A stretch of 64,000 nt of DNA. It comes from Alphaproteobacteria bacterium (GTDB lineage Bacteria > Pseudomonadota > Alphaproteobacteria > JACZXZ01). The notes under the pieces were generated by a model. It searched no databases and had not been told where the DNA came from. It saw only the letters and a program-made list of their open reading frames with translations. The stretch is from NCBI GenBank assembly GCA_035509415.1, contig DATJLQ010000007.1, forward strand, positions 696 to 64,695, read 5' to 3'. Below, piece by piece: positions 38,520-47,440 of the stretch. Position 1 is the stretch's first letter. Each line of letters begins with the position of its first letter. A program made the position numbers and the translations under genes.

Positions 38520-39440
38520 TCAGCCCGCCTCGGCCGCGAGGTAATAATGCCGCACCGCCGCGTCCGCCGCGGCTCCCGTGCCGAGGCGAAGCGGGATCGC
38601 GCGCGCCTCGCGCACGGCAAGGCCGGCCTCCTCGGCATAATCCCGGTAATCGTGCGACCAGGCGAAATTGCCGCGCCAGCGGCTGTGTGCGCCGAGCGGC
38701 CGCCCGTCGGGGCGCCAGGTCTCGCCGAAGATCGTGCGCAGCCTGCCGCGACGCGCGAAGGCTTGGAACATCGCGGCGACATGCTCCGGCTGCACATATT
38801 GAAGCGCTCCGTTGGAATAGAGGATGAGCGGCGGCACCTCGGGAATGCGCGCCATGAGCGCGTGGGCGCGCGCGACCTCGAAGCGGAGGTTGGGGAGACG
38901 ATGGACGCGCGCCGCGCGCGCGACGATGGCGGGGTCGATGTCGGTGCCGAGGAAGGACAGTGCGGGAAAGCGCTGCGCGTAATGGGCCATTTCGCGGCCC
39001 GACGAGCAGCCGATCTGGACCGTGAGTGCGTTGGGCGGGGCCGCGGCCAACGCCGCCTCCAGCCCGTCGAACCAGGGGCAGGCCGCGTCGAACGCGAGAT
39101 CGCCGACCTTGCCTTCGCGCCGGATCGGCGTCTCTTCGTAATGCTCGGCCCAGGACACGCCGGACTCGCCGGCCATGCAGATGTCCTTGAGCGCCTCGCG
39201 CCGGTCGGGATCGGGCTCGGCGAGGTAGCGCGTCGCGATCCAGCGTTCGAAAAGGGCCGGGAAGGCGAGGCGCTCGAAGCCCGTGCGGCGCTCCGGAAGA
39301 TGCCAAGTCGCCAGCACCCGCTCGATGCGCGCCGCGGGCCAAAGCGTCAGAAGACAAGCGCCGAGCGCGCGCGTCGCGGCCGTGCGCGCGGCGGCGCGCG
39401 GATCGCGCACGGCGGTCGTGAGCTTCCTCAGGACTTGCAT
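38520..39440 (-). CDS. Putative class I SAM-dependent methyltransferase.
   Basis: Motif-I-like LTVQIGCSSGREMAHY. Start chosen at the internal ATG (39440) to avoid a head-on overlap with the divergent GT2 gene. Confidence 0.55.
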   Translation of the reverse strand: MQVLRKLTTAVRDPRAAARTAATRALGACLLTLWPAARIERVLATWHLPERRTGFERLAFPALFERWIATRYLAEPDPDRREALKDICMAGESGVSWAEHYEETPIRREGKVGDLAFDAACPWFDGLEAALAAAPPNALTVQIGCSSGREMAHYAQRFPALSFLGTDIDPAIVARAARVHRLPNLRFEVARAHALMARIPEVPPLILYSNGALQYVQPEHVAAMFQAFARRGRLRTIFGETWRPDGRPLGAHSRWRGNFAWSHDYRDYAEEAGLAVREARAIPLRLGTGAAADAAVRHYYLAAEAG

Positions 39441-39549
39441 CGATGACCCGAATCGGAACGAACGGCGGCAGCGAGCCTCGCGTGGATGACGGTGGCGCAG
39501 GGTCGTGCGTCCGTCAAGAGCGCTCGGCGCGCGCGCGGGGAGGTCCATC

Positions 39550-40455
39550 GTGAGCGCCGCACGCCCGCGCGTCTCGGTGCTGATGACGAGCTACAATCCC
39601 GGGCCCTATCTCAAGCCCGCGCTCGACAGCATCCTCGCCCAGACGCTCACGGACTTCGAGCTCGTGGTGGTCGAGGACGGGTCGACCGACGGCTCGAAGG
39701 CGCTGCTCCACACCTATGCGGCGGCCGACGCGCGTATCCGGCTCCACGACCTCGGGAAGAACATCGGCCGCACGCCCGCGCTCAATCTCGGCCTAAGCGC
39801 CGCGCGCGGCGATTATGTCGCGGTGCTCGACGCGGACGATCTCGCGGCACCCGACCGGCTCGCGCGCGAGGCCGAGCTCCTCGATCGCCGTCCCGACGTG
39901 GTCCTGGTCGGAAGCTTCGTCCGCTTCGTCGACGATTCGAACACCGTGCTCGGCGTCTCGACGCCGCCGACCGACGCCACGGCGCTTTCCGAGGCGCTCG
40001 CCTATTCCAACCCGTTCCCCCATTCGAGCGTGATGTACCGGCGGCGCGCGGCGCTCGCGGCGGGCGGCTATCCGAAGGACTTCGCCTACGCCCAGGATTT
40101 CGCGCTCTGGATCGCGCTCGCCGGCAAGGGCGCCTTCGCCATGATCGACGCGTTCCTCGCCGAGGTGCGCGAGCATCGCACGCCGACCCGCCTCGCGGTG
40201 AGCCCGCAACATCTCGCGAGCCGCGCCCGCGACGGCGTCATCCTCTATCGGCGCGCGCGGAAGTTGCCCGGTCTCTCCGCCGCGGCGCGACAGCGCGGTC
40301 GGGTGTTCCTCGCGGGCCTCCGCTACGGCTACGCGCGCGAGTTCGCGGCGGCCGGGCGTTGGGGCCCGGCGCTCCGGGAGCTCGCGGGCGCATTCGGCGC
40401 GGCGCCGCTCCATTGTCTCGGCCGGCTTTTCACGCGGCGCGCCGCCGGACGCTGA
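39550..40455 (+). CDS. Glycosyltransferase family 2.
   Basis: GGGGAGG RBS 6 nt before the GTG at 39550. Motifs VSVLMTSYNPGPYL and DxD (LDADDL) match GT2. Confidence 0.8.
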   Translation: MSAARPRVSVLMTSYNPGPYLKPALDSILAQTLTDFELVVVEDGSTDGSKALLHTYAAADARIRLHDLGKNIGRTPALNLGLSAARGDYVAVLDADDLAAPDRLAREAELLDRRPDVVLVGSFVRFVDDSNTVLGVSTPPTDATALSEALAYSNPFPHSSVMYRRRAALAAGGYPKDFAYAQDFALWIALAGKGAFAMIDAFLAEVREHRTPTRLAVSPQHLASRARDGVILYRRARKLPGLSAAARQRGRVFLAGLRYGYAREFAAAGRWGPALRELAGAFGAAPLHCLGRLFTRRAAGR

Positions 40456-40475
40456 GCGCCCATCGATCGCCCCTC

Positions 40476-40511
40476 GAGGGCCGGGTTCGCGCCGCGAATC
40501 CGGCCTTTTTT
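40476..40511 (+). terminator. Rho-independent terminator between the convergent GT2 gene and lptD.
   Basis: GC-rich hairpin GGCCGGGTTCGCG/CCGCGAATCCGGCC followed by TTTTTTATT. Confidence 0.5.
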
Positions 40512-42756
40512 ATTGGTTGTTGCTGTTGCTGTTGTTGAGGCTGCCGCCGATCGGGATCGTGGTGAAGCTCTTGAAGATCAGCGTCACGAGGATGCTGGTG
40601 CTGGGCATGACGGGGCCGCTTTGGGTGTAGCTGCGCGAGAGCACCGCGGTCATGTTGAAGCATTCGTCGTCGTAGATCGCCGACGCCGAGATGCTGCTCA
40701 AGCGGCCGACGGTGAAGTTGTAGACGGTGCCGGAAGTGGCGCTCCAATGGTCGGTGATCTTGACGTTCGGCGTGAATTGCCCCTCCTGCACGCCCTGGAT
40801 GCCGACCCCCGGCACCTGCTGGGTGACCGAGAGGTAATTGGCGCTGAGCGTGTAGCCCGAAGGGCCGAGCGTCGCGCTGACGAGCGTGCTGCGCGGCGAG
40901 AAGTCGGTCGGCGAGAGCAGGTAGCGGTAGGTGACGTCGACGTCCTTCAAGGGCTTGATCTGCACGTGGCCGACATAATCCGACTGGTGGCCCGAAAGGC
41001 CGGAGTAGGTGGTGAACGTGTCGTCGGTGTGCGGCCGGTAGAGCTGGCCGAAGAACATGTTGGCGGTGCCGCCCTTGCTGCCGTAGGCGCCGATGCTGGT
41101 GCCGTAGATCACGCGCTCGCCGCCGTCGACTCGGTCGACGCCGGGAAACGGATTGAGGTTGTACATGTTCGTGTCGTCGAGCTCGAAGGCGAGGCTGTCC
41201 TGGTTCGGGATCAGGAAGCTGTTGCGACCCTGGGGACCGCCGATGAACGCGACGTGCGGCTCGATCAGCTCCTCGACCGTACCGGCCTGGCGCACCCAGG
41301 GATAACGCCAATCGAGCTTGATCTGGGGCAGCATGCGCCCCGCCGAGGTGTCGGTCCTGAGGGCGGTCGGGTTGTTCGGGTTGATGTTGTCGCTGGTCGA
41401 GTAGCCGTCGGTCTCGAAGCTGAGGGCGAGGTCGTACATCTGACCGTCGGACGCGGTGTAGGGCAGGTCCCACTGGGTGCGTTGAGACAGGCGCCGCGAG
41501 TCGACGCCGACCGGCGTCGAGAGGTTGAGAGCGCTCGCGTCGACGGTCCAGCGCTGGCCGTGCGAGCCCGGCTCGCTCACATAGTTGAACTGGTAGGACG
41601 GCGCGATGACGGGCAGCGTGTCGGTCGGCACGGTCGTGCGCAAATCCTGGAACGCGTAGGCATCGAGCGAGTTGTAGCTGCGGCCGAAGAATCCCTCGGC
41701 ATAGGCGCGCGAGGTGAGCAGCGTGCTGCTCGGCGCGGTGAGGAGCTTGTAGTAGGCGATGTAGGTCTGGGTGGTTTCGCGATAAGCGTCGAAGCCGGCG
41801 CGCCAATTGTCGTTGATGTCGACGATGCCGCGCGCGTTCACGTTGCCGCCGATCGAATCCTGGTGGCTGTCGAGGGGCGAGCTGGCCCCCGTGAGGCTGC
41901 CCTGGACGTCGAGCGCCGCGTCGCCCCAGCGCTCGCGGTACTCGCCGTCGAACACCTGGCCGCCCTTGGTGGTGAAGATCGGGTTGAGCAGCACGTCCTT
42001 GTCGGGGCCGAGGGTCTGGAAGTAGGGCACCTGGATCAGCGTGCCGAGTTGGGTGCTGACGCCGTAGGTGGGCATCAGGAAGCCGCTCTTGCGCTTCACC
42101 GTCGGGTCGGGGAACTGGAAGTAGGGCGTCCAGCCGACCGGGACGCCGAACATCTCCATGGTCGCGTCCTCGAAGCGGATCTCGTGGTCGGTGTCGTCGT
42201 GGGTGATGTCGCGCGCCTCGACCTGCCACAGGGGTGCGCGCGTCGGGTCCTTCTTGCACGGCGCGCACAGCGAATAGACGCCGTTCGCCATCTCGGTGAG
42301 GTTGCCGTTGCCGCCGAGGCGCGCGCCGGTCGCCGCCATGCGCGCGTGGTCCGAAAGCAGCAGGCGGAAATCCTGGATCGCGCCCTGCTTCAGCCCCTCG
42401 CTCAGCTCCATGTAGCTCGCGAACACGACGTCGCCGTCGGGCTGCAGCAGGCTCACATTGCCCGACGCGGTCACGAGATCGACGCGCTGGTTGTAGGTGA
42501 CCGTGTCGGCGAGCAGCACGCGCTCGTTCTGCGAGATCTGGACGTGGCCGGAGGCGACCACGATGCCGAGATCCTGGTCGTAGGAGACGCGGTCGGCCTT
42601 AAGCAGCGCCGGTGCCGAGGAGCGGGTGAGCTTGCCGCCGTAGCCCGGCGACTTCGACTGCGACGGGGGCGTGCCGGGTGTGCCCTGGGCGCGCGCCAAG
42701 GGCGCGAACAGCACCATGAGCCCGCATAGCAGGAGTGCCGGGAAAGTCCGCCGCAC
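40510..42756 (-). CDS. lptD: LPS-assembly outer-membrane protein LptD (OstA).
   Basis: 748 aa. Signal peptide, N-terminal OstA domain and a large C-terminal beta-barrel. Confidence 0.9.
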   Translation of the reverse strand: MRRTFPALLLCGLMVLFAPLARAQGTPGTPPSQSKSPGYGGKLTRSSAPALLKADRVSYDQDLGIVVASGHVQISQNERVLLADTVTYNQRVDLVTASGNVSLLQPDGDVVFASYMELSEGLKQGAIQDFRLLLSDHARMAATGARLGGNGNLTEMANGVYSLCAPCKKDPTRAPLWQVEARDITHDDTDHEIRFEDATMEMFGVPVGWTPYFQFPDPTVKRKSGFLMPTYGVSTQLGTLIQVPYFQTLGPDKDVLLNPIFTTKGGQVFDGEYRERWGDAALDVQGSLTGASSPLDSHQDSIGGNVNARGIVDINDNWRAGFDAYRETTQTYIAYYKLLTAPSSTLLTSRAYAEGFFGRSYNSLDAYAFQDLRTTVPTDTLPVIAPSYQFNYVSEPGSHGQRWTVDASALNLSTPVGVDSRRLSQRTQWDLPYTASDGQMYDLALSFETDGYSTSDNINPNNPTALRTDTSAGRMLPQIKLDWRYPWVRQAGTVEELIEPHVAFIGGPQGRNSFLIPNQDSLAFELDDTNMYNLNPFPGVDRVDGGERVIYGTSIGAYGSKGGTANMFFGQLYRPHTDDTFTTYSGLSGHQSDYVGHVQIKPLKDVDVTYRYLLSPTDFSPRSTLVSATLGPSGYTLSANYLSVTQQVPGVGIQGVQEGQFTPNVKITDHWSATSGTVYNFTVGRLSSISASAIYDDECFNMTAVLSRSYTQSGPVMPSTSILVTLIFKSFTTIPIGGSLNNSNSNNQ

Positions 42757-42762
42757 GGCCTC

Positions 42763-43866
42763 TTACCCGTCCTCGAGATGGAACAGGACGGCGCTGCCGA
42801 GCAGCGTGCTCGCACCCGCCGGACTCCACGCCGCGAGGAAGATCGGAATCGTGGCGCTGAGGCCGAGCGCGAACACCACGTCGGAGAGGAAGTAGATGAG
42901 GAAGCCGGTGAAGACGCCGAGCGCGATCAAGAGCAGCGTGCCGCCGCGCCGCTGGTGGCGCAGCGAGAAGCTCGCGGCGATCAGCACCATGGCGCATTGG
43001 AGCAGCGGGTCGGCGAGCAGCGAGTTCCAATAGAGCCGGTGGCGCTGGGCCGAAAAGCCCGCGCGCTGGAGCACGTCGATGAAGCGCGGCAGGTCCCAGA
43101 ACGAGATCGATTCGGGCGAGGCGAAGCTGTTCTGGATCTCGTTGAAGGTGAGCTCGGTCGGGACGCGGAGCGTCTTCTCGAAGCGCGGCGGCCGGTCGGG
43201 CGACGCGCGCCAGGCGTTCGTGAGGTCCCAGTCGCCGGCCTTGAGCCGTGCGCTCGTCGCGTCGATGCGGCCGACGAAGCGGTCGTTGGCGCCGAAGCGG
43301 AAGAAGGTCACGTCGTGGAGCTCGAAATTGTTGAAATCGTGCGACGTCACGCGCAGCGCGTGCACGATCACGTCGCCGCCGGGATCGTTCTCGCGCAGCC
43401 AGAATCCGGTGTCGGAGACCGAGAGCATGCTGGTCTTGCCCTTGAGGTACTTGTTCTCGAGCTCCTCGTAGCGGAACAGCATGGCGGACGCGACCGGGTT
43501 GAGCATGGTGATCTTCGCGACCCCGATCAGGAACGCGAGAAAGAGCGCCGGGAAGATGAACTGCCAGACCGAGACGCCGACCGAGCGCACCACGATCAGC
43601 TCCTGGCTGCGCGTCAAGCGCCAGAAGGCGAGCATGGCGCCGAACAGGACCGCGAACGGGATCACCTGCTCGGTCAGGTGCGGCAGCTTGAACAGCGACA
43701 TCGACAGCACGACCGAGAACACCGCGTTGTCCTTCGAGTTCGCGCGCCGCAGCGTCTCGACCAGGTCGAACAGAAAGCTCACGCTCACGAAGGCCATGAG
43801 GATGGCGCCGAACGCGGCCAGGAACTGGCGTCCGAAATAGATCGAGAGCGTGGGCGAGGTGCGCAT
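42763..43866 (-). CDS. lptG: LPS export ABC permease LptG.
   Basis: YjgP/YjgQ-family permease. Six TM helices with a periplasmic beta-jellyroll. Confidence 0.85.
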   Translation of the reverse strand: MRTSPTLSIYFGRQFLAAFGAILMAFVSVSFLFDLVETLRRANSKDNAVFSVVLSMSLFKLPHLTEQVIPFAVLFGAMLAFWRLTRSQELIVVRSVGVSVWQFIFPALFLAFLIGVAKITMLNPVASAMLFRYEELENKYLKGKTSMLSVSDTGFWLRENDPGGDVIVHALRVTSHDFNNFELHDVTFFRFGANDRFVGRIDATSARLKAGDWDLTNAWRASPDRPPRFEKTLRVPTELTFNEIQNSFASPESISFWDLPRFIDVLQRAGFSAQRHRLYWNSLLADPLLQCAMVLIAASFSLRHQRRGGTLLLIALGVFTGFLIYFLSDVVFALGLSATIPIFLAAWSPAGASTLLGSAVLFHLEDG

Positions 43867-43913
43867 CTAGCGCTCCTTCCGCGCGCAGGCGCCGTTCGAG
43901 GCGGCCCGGCGCG

Positions 43914-45059
43914 TCACGGCGAGCCCGCGGCTTCCGCCGGGCCGTCGAGCCCCTCGAACCAGGCCTTGGGGCGGCGCCGCGGCGGGCGCACGAGGTAGAG
44001 GGCGGCGAGCGCGAGCGGCACGAAGCAATTGACGTAGAGGAGCGGGAGGAGCGAGAGGTCCTTCCCGGCGACGTTCTGGATGCCGACCTCGGCCGCCTGC
44101 AGGAAAACGACGCACAGGATCGCGACCAGGACGCGCAGCGTCTGGCCCTGGCGGCTGAAATCGCCCGAGAGCAGGGCCGCGAGCCCGATGAGCGTGAAGG
44201 TGAAGGCGTAGAACGGGCTCACCAGGCGCTGGTGCGCCTCGACGATGAGCTGGCCGAAATAGAACCGGTCGTTGGCATCGTTCATGTTGGGATGGAGCAG
44301 CTCGCCGAGGAAGCGCTCCTGGGGCCGGCGCCATTGGTTCTCGATGCCTTGGGAGAGCCAGCTCAAATCGACGCTGTACCGGTCGAAATAGAGGATCGAG
44401 AGGCGGCCGTCGGTGGGGTTCACCTCCTGGCGGTTGCCGTTGAACAGGACCACGCGCGGCCCGTCGGGCGAGGAGATCAGCTCGCCGCGCTCGGCGGTGT
44501 AGGTCACCGGACGTTTCGGGTTGCGCATGTCCTCGACCAGGATGCCCGCGAGCTCGCCGTCGCCGACGCGCGAGCGCACATAGACCGTGAGCCCGTCGCC
44601 GATCGTGTTGAACTTGCCCTCCTGCAGCAGGAGCGCCGAGAAGTTGTTGTGGATCGCGAACTCGAGGTCCCGGAAGTCGCGGTACGAGGCCGGGAGGAAA
44701 TAGAGGTTGATCGCGTAGGCGGCGACCAGCACGACGCCCGCGATCGCCAGGGCCGGAAGGGCGAGCGACATCTGGCTCACGCCGATCGAGCGCAGCACCA
44801 CCAGCTCGCGGTCCATCCAGAGCTTGTTGTAGGTGAACAGCACCGAGCTGAAGAGGGCGATCGGCAGCACGATCGCGAGGAAGCTCGGCAGCAGGAGCGC
44901 CGTGAGGTAGAGGAAGGTGCCGAACGAAATGCCCTTGTCGACGATCAATTCGACGAAGCGCAGCGACTGGGTGAGCCAGATGGCGCAAGTCAGGCAGAAG
45001 CTGACGAACAGCATCGCGACGAGAAGCTGCTTCAGAATGTAACGGCCGTGCGCCTTCAT
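43914..45059 (-). CDS. lptF: LPS export ABC permease LptF.
   Basis: YjgP/YjgQ family. Start at the internal ATG 45059 (MKAHGRYILKQLL). Confidence 0.85.
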   Translation of the reverse strand: MKAHGRYILKQLLVAMLFVSFCLTCAIWLTQSLRFVELIVDKGISFGTFLYLTALLLPSFLAIVLPIALFSSVLFTYNKLWMDRELVVLRSIGVSQMSLALPALAIAGVVLVAAYAINLYFLPASYRDFRDLEFAIHNNFSALLLQEGKFNTIGDGLTVYVRSRVGDGELAGILVEDMRNPKRPVTYTAERGELISSPDGPRVVLFNGNRQEVNPTDGRLSILYFDRYSVDLSWLSQGIENQWRRPQERFLGELLHPNMNDANDRFYFGQLIVEAHQRLVSPFYAFTFTLIGLAALLSGDFSRQGQTLRVLVAILCVVFLQAAEVGIQNVAGKDLSLLPLLYVNCFVPLALAALYLVRPPRRRPKAWFEGLDGPAEAAGSP

Positions 45060-45294
45060 GGAAGGCTTTATAACCCGGCGCGCGCTTCCTGGATAGGCCG
45101 AAATGCCGCGCTTGCCCAAGAGGTTAGGCGCTCCGGGCGAAGGCGCGGCGCCTTGCAGGACGGGCCCATGCCGTCATGCTTGCGTAAGCGTGCCGGCGGC
45201 CGCGCGCACCCGACGCGCGGCGTGCGCCTGTGTCGCGCAAAAAAGCGCGCGGGCGACCCGGGCGTCGTCGATCCGGATCGCCCGCGCGAGACCG

Positions 45295-45540
45295 CTACTC
45301 GGCGTCGGTTTCCTCGAACTCCTCGATCTCGCCGTGATGCTCGGCGTGCAGCTTGCCCGCTTCGCCCGCATGGTGCTCGGCGTGAAGATGGTGGCCGTGG
45401 GCGACATGCGCGTGGTGCGCCGCCGTCTCGTGCTCCTCGTCCTTGTGGAGCTCCGCCGCGCGGCGGTGATGGAGTGCCGCCTGCTCGTGATGGTGGGCGG
45501 CGGTCTCGTGGTGCTGGGCGAGCTTTTCGACGTGCTTCAT
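45295..45540 (-). CDS. Histidine-rich small acidic protein (81 aa, about 28% His). Putative metal-binding or stress protein.
   Basis: AGGAG RBS 8 nt upstream. The sequence has HH/HHH runs (MKHVEKLAQHHETAAHHHEQAALHH...HAEHHAGE...). Confidence 0.6.
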   Translation of the reverse strand: MKHVEKLAQHHETAAHHHEQAALHHRRAAELHKDEEHETAAHHAHVAHGHHLHAEHHAGEAGKLHAEHHGEIEEFEETDAE

Positions 45541-45686
45541 GGGATGTCACTCCTAGGGGGACGCGGACCGTCCGTCCGCGCCCCACCCTTAGGAGCTTTG
45601 GATTGCAGCGAGGGCGCCGATTCGAAGTCGCGTCGGCCGCAATTCGGCGACGGGTTCGTGATGGTGCCGTGTCGCTTTCGCGTCGC

Positions 45687-46556
45687 CTAGAAGCGGCCCG
45701 CCTCGTAATCCTTGAACGCCTCGAGGATTTCCTCGCGGCTGTTCATGACGAAGGGGCCGTAGCGCACGACCGGCTCGTCGAGCGGCTGCCCCGCGATGAG
45801 CAGGAGGCCCGCCGCCTTGCCGTGGGCCGCGACCGCCAGCGTCTCGCCGTCGGAAAGCAGCGCCGTCGTCCCGCGCGGCACGATCTCGTCGCCGATCTTG
45901 GCCTCGCCCTTGTAGACGTAGGCGAAGGCCGTGTGGCCGGGCGTCACCGGCACGGTCCAGGCCGCACCTTTGTCGAGGCGCAGATCGAGGAACTCGGGCG
46001 CCACGTCGATGCCGCGCACCGGCCCCTCGACGCCGCCGACCTTGCCCGCGATCACGCGCGCGAGCACGCCCGGCGCGGGCTCGATCTCGGGGATCTTGCC
46101 GGCGGCGAACTCCTGGTAACGCGGCGCCCGCATCTTGTCGCGCGCGGGCAGGTTGACCCAGAGCTGGAAGCCCCACAGCAATCCCTTTTCCTGCTCGGGC
46201 ATCTCGGAATGGACGATGCCGCGGCCCGCGGTCATCCATTGCACGTCGCCCGCCTCGATCACGCCGTTGTGACCCTTGTTGTCGCCGTGGCGCATCTTTC
46301 CCGCGAGCATGTAGGTCACGGTCTCGAAACCGCGATGGGGATGCTCGGGGAAGCCGGCGATGTAGGCGCCCGGATCATCGGAGCGGATCTCGTCGAGCAG
46401 AAGGAACGGATCGAGCTCGCTGAGGCGCGGATTGCCGATCGCGCGGTTGAGGCTGACGCCGCCGCCGTCCTGGGTCGGCATCGCCGGTATCGTCTTGGTA
46501 ACGCCGCGCGCGGCTCGCGTGCCCGCGGCGTCCTTGGTCTTGGTTTCCGTGGCCAT
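45687..46556 (-). CDS. Pirin-family protein (bicupin).
   Basis: Motif FPEHPHRGFETVTYMLAG with the His metal site. 289 aa. Confidence 0.85.
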   Translation of the reverse strand: MATETKTKDAAGTRAARGVTKTIPAMPTQDGGGVSLNRAIGNPRLSELDPFLLLDEIRSDDPGAYIAGFPEHPHRGFETVTYMLAGKMRHGDNKGHNGVIEAGDVQWMTAGRGIVHSEMPEQEKGLLWGFQLWVNLPARDKMRAPRYQEFAAGKIPEIEPAPGVLARVIAGKVGGVEGPVRGIDVAPEFLDLRLDKGAAWTVPVTPGHTAFAYVYKGEAKIGDEIVPRGTTALLSDGETLAVAAHGKAAGLLLIAGQPLDEPVVRYGPFVMNSREEILEAFKDYEAGRF

Positions 46557-46618
46557 GTTGGCATCCTCCGTTGGCGCGTTAGATCGGGCGCCGCGCGCAC
46601 GCCGTCAAGTGCGGGCAC

Positions 46619-47242
46619 CTAGACGTAACCGAGGCTTTGCAGCACCTCGGCGCTGCCCTCGAGGATCATGTTGATCGCGACCAAGGCCACCGCCGCGAGG
46701 CCGACATAGACGAGCCATGGATAGCGCCCGAGATAGCGCGCGATCGCGTGCGCCGCGAACGCCATGAGGGCGATCGAGAGCGCGAGGCCGATGCCGAGCA
46801 CCCAGGGATGCTGATGCGCGGCCCCCGCGACCGCGAGCACGTTGTCGAGCGAGAGCGACAGGTCGGCGAGCGCCACCTGGAAAATCGCCTGGCGCATGGT
46901 CTTGGGTGCCTGGCGCGACGCCGGCTCGGACCCCGCGTTTGTCGGCGGCGCCAATTCGTGGCGCGTCTCGCGCCAGATCTTCCACGCGACCCATAGAAGA
47001 AGGAGGCCGCCCGCGAGCGTGAGCCCCACGATCGCGAGCAGCGGCACCGCGACGAAGGCGAGCGCCACGCGCAGAAGGGTCGCGAGTGCGACACCGTAGA
47101 AGATCACGCGCCCGCGGCGCTCGGGCTCAAGGCCGCTCGCGGCGAGGCCGAGGATGATCGCGTTGTCGCCCGACAGCACGATGTCGATCACGATCACCGC
47201 GCCCAGGCTCGCGAGGGCGGCAAAATCGAATTCCGGGCTCAT
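46619..47242 (-). CDS. TerC-family integral membrane protein.
   Basis: Duplicated TerC motifs LSGDNAIILG and LSLDNVLAV. Confidence 0.8.
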   Translation of the reverse strand: MSPEFDFAALASLGAVIVIDIVLSGDNAIILGLAASGLEPERRGRVIFYGVALATLLRVALAFVAVPLLAIVGLTLAGGLLLLWVAWKIWRETRHELAPPTNAGSEPASRQAPKTMRQAIFQVALADLSLSLDNVLAVAGAAHQHPWVLGIGLALSIALMAFAAHAIARYLGRYPWLVYVGLAAVALVAINMILEGSAEVLQSLGYV

Positions 47243-47440
47243 GGCCCGGAAATCCTACACCATTCGGGGTGCCGACGGTCGAGCGGCCAAACCCGGCGGC
47301 CGAACCCGGCCGAGCGAGACCCGGCGGGACGAGATCGGGCCCAAATCCCGGTTGCGACGCCGCCTGACTTGTGTCAACCAACCGGAGCCGGGCCGCCGGT
47401 CGGTCAATAGAAGTCCCGCGGCGCGGCAGGAGAGCCCATT

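Noticed and set aside
22734-38827. Many long ORFs in alternative frames across the plus-strand operon, including 22734-23834 (-), 23946-25352 (-), 26013-27821 (-), 26984-31024 (+ extension), 28912-31101 (+), 30092-31126 (-), 30963-32102 (-), 31925-33448 (-), 32332-33789 (+), 33105-34385 (-), 34382-35389 (-), 35197-36099 (-), 36452-38827 (+) and 37026-38231 (-).
   Set aside because: All have Arg/Ala/Pro/Gly-rich compositions without domains. The annotated frame carries the recognisable enzyme motifs and start/stop coupling in each case.
40513-46622. Plus-strand ORFs 40513-42729, 42778-43998 and 44232-46622, and minus-strand ORF 43867-44988, over lptD/G/F and the pirin gene.
   Set aside because: Antisense shadows. 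The lpt and pirin proteins are unambiguous.
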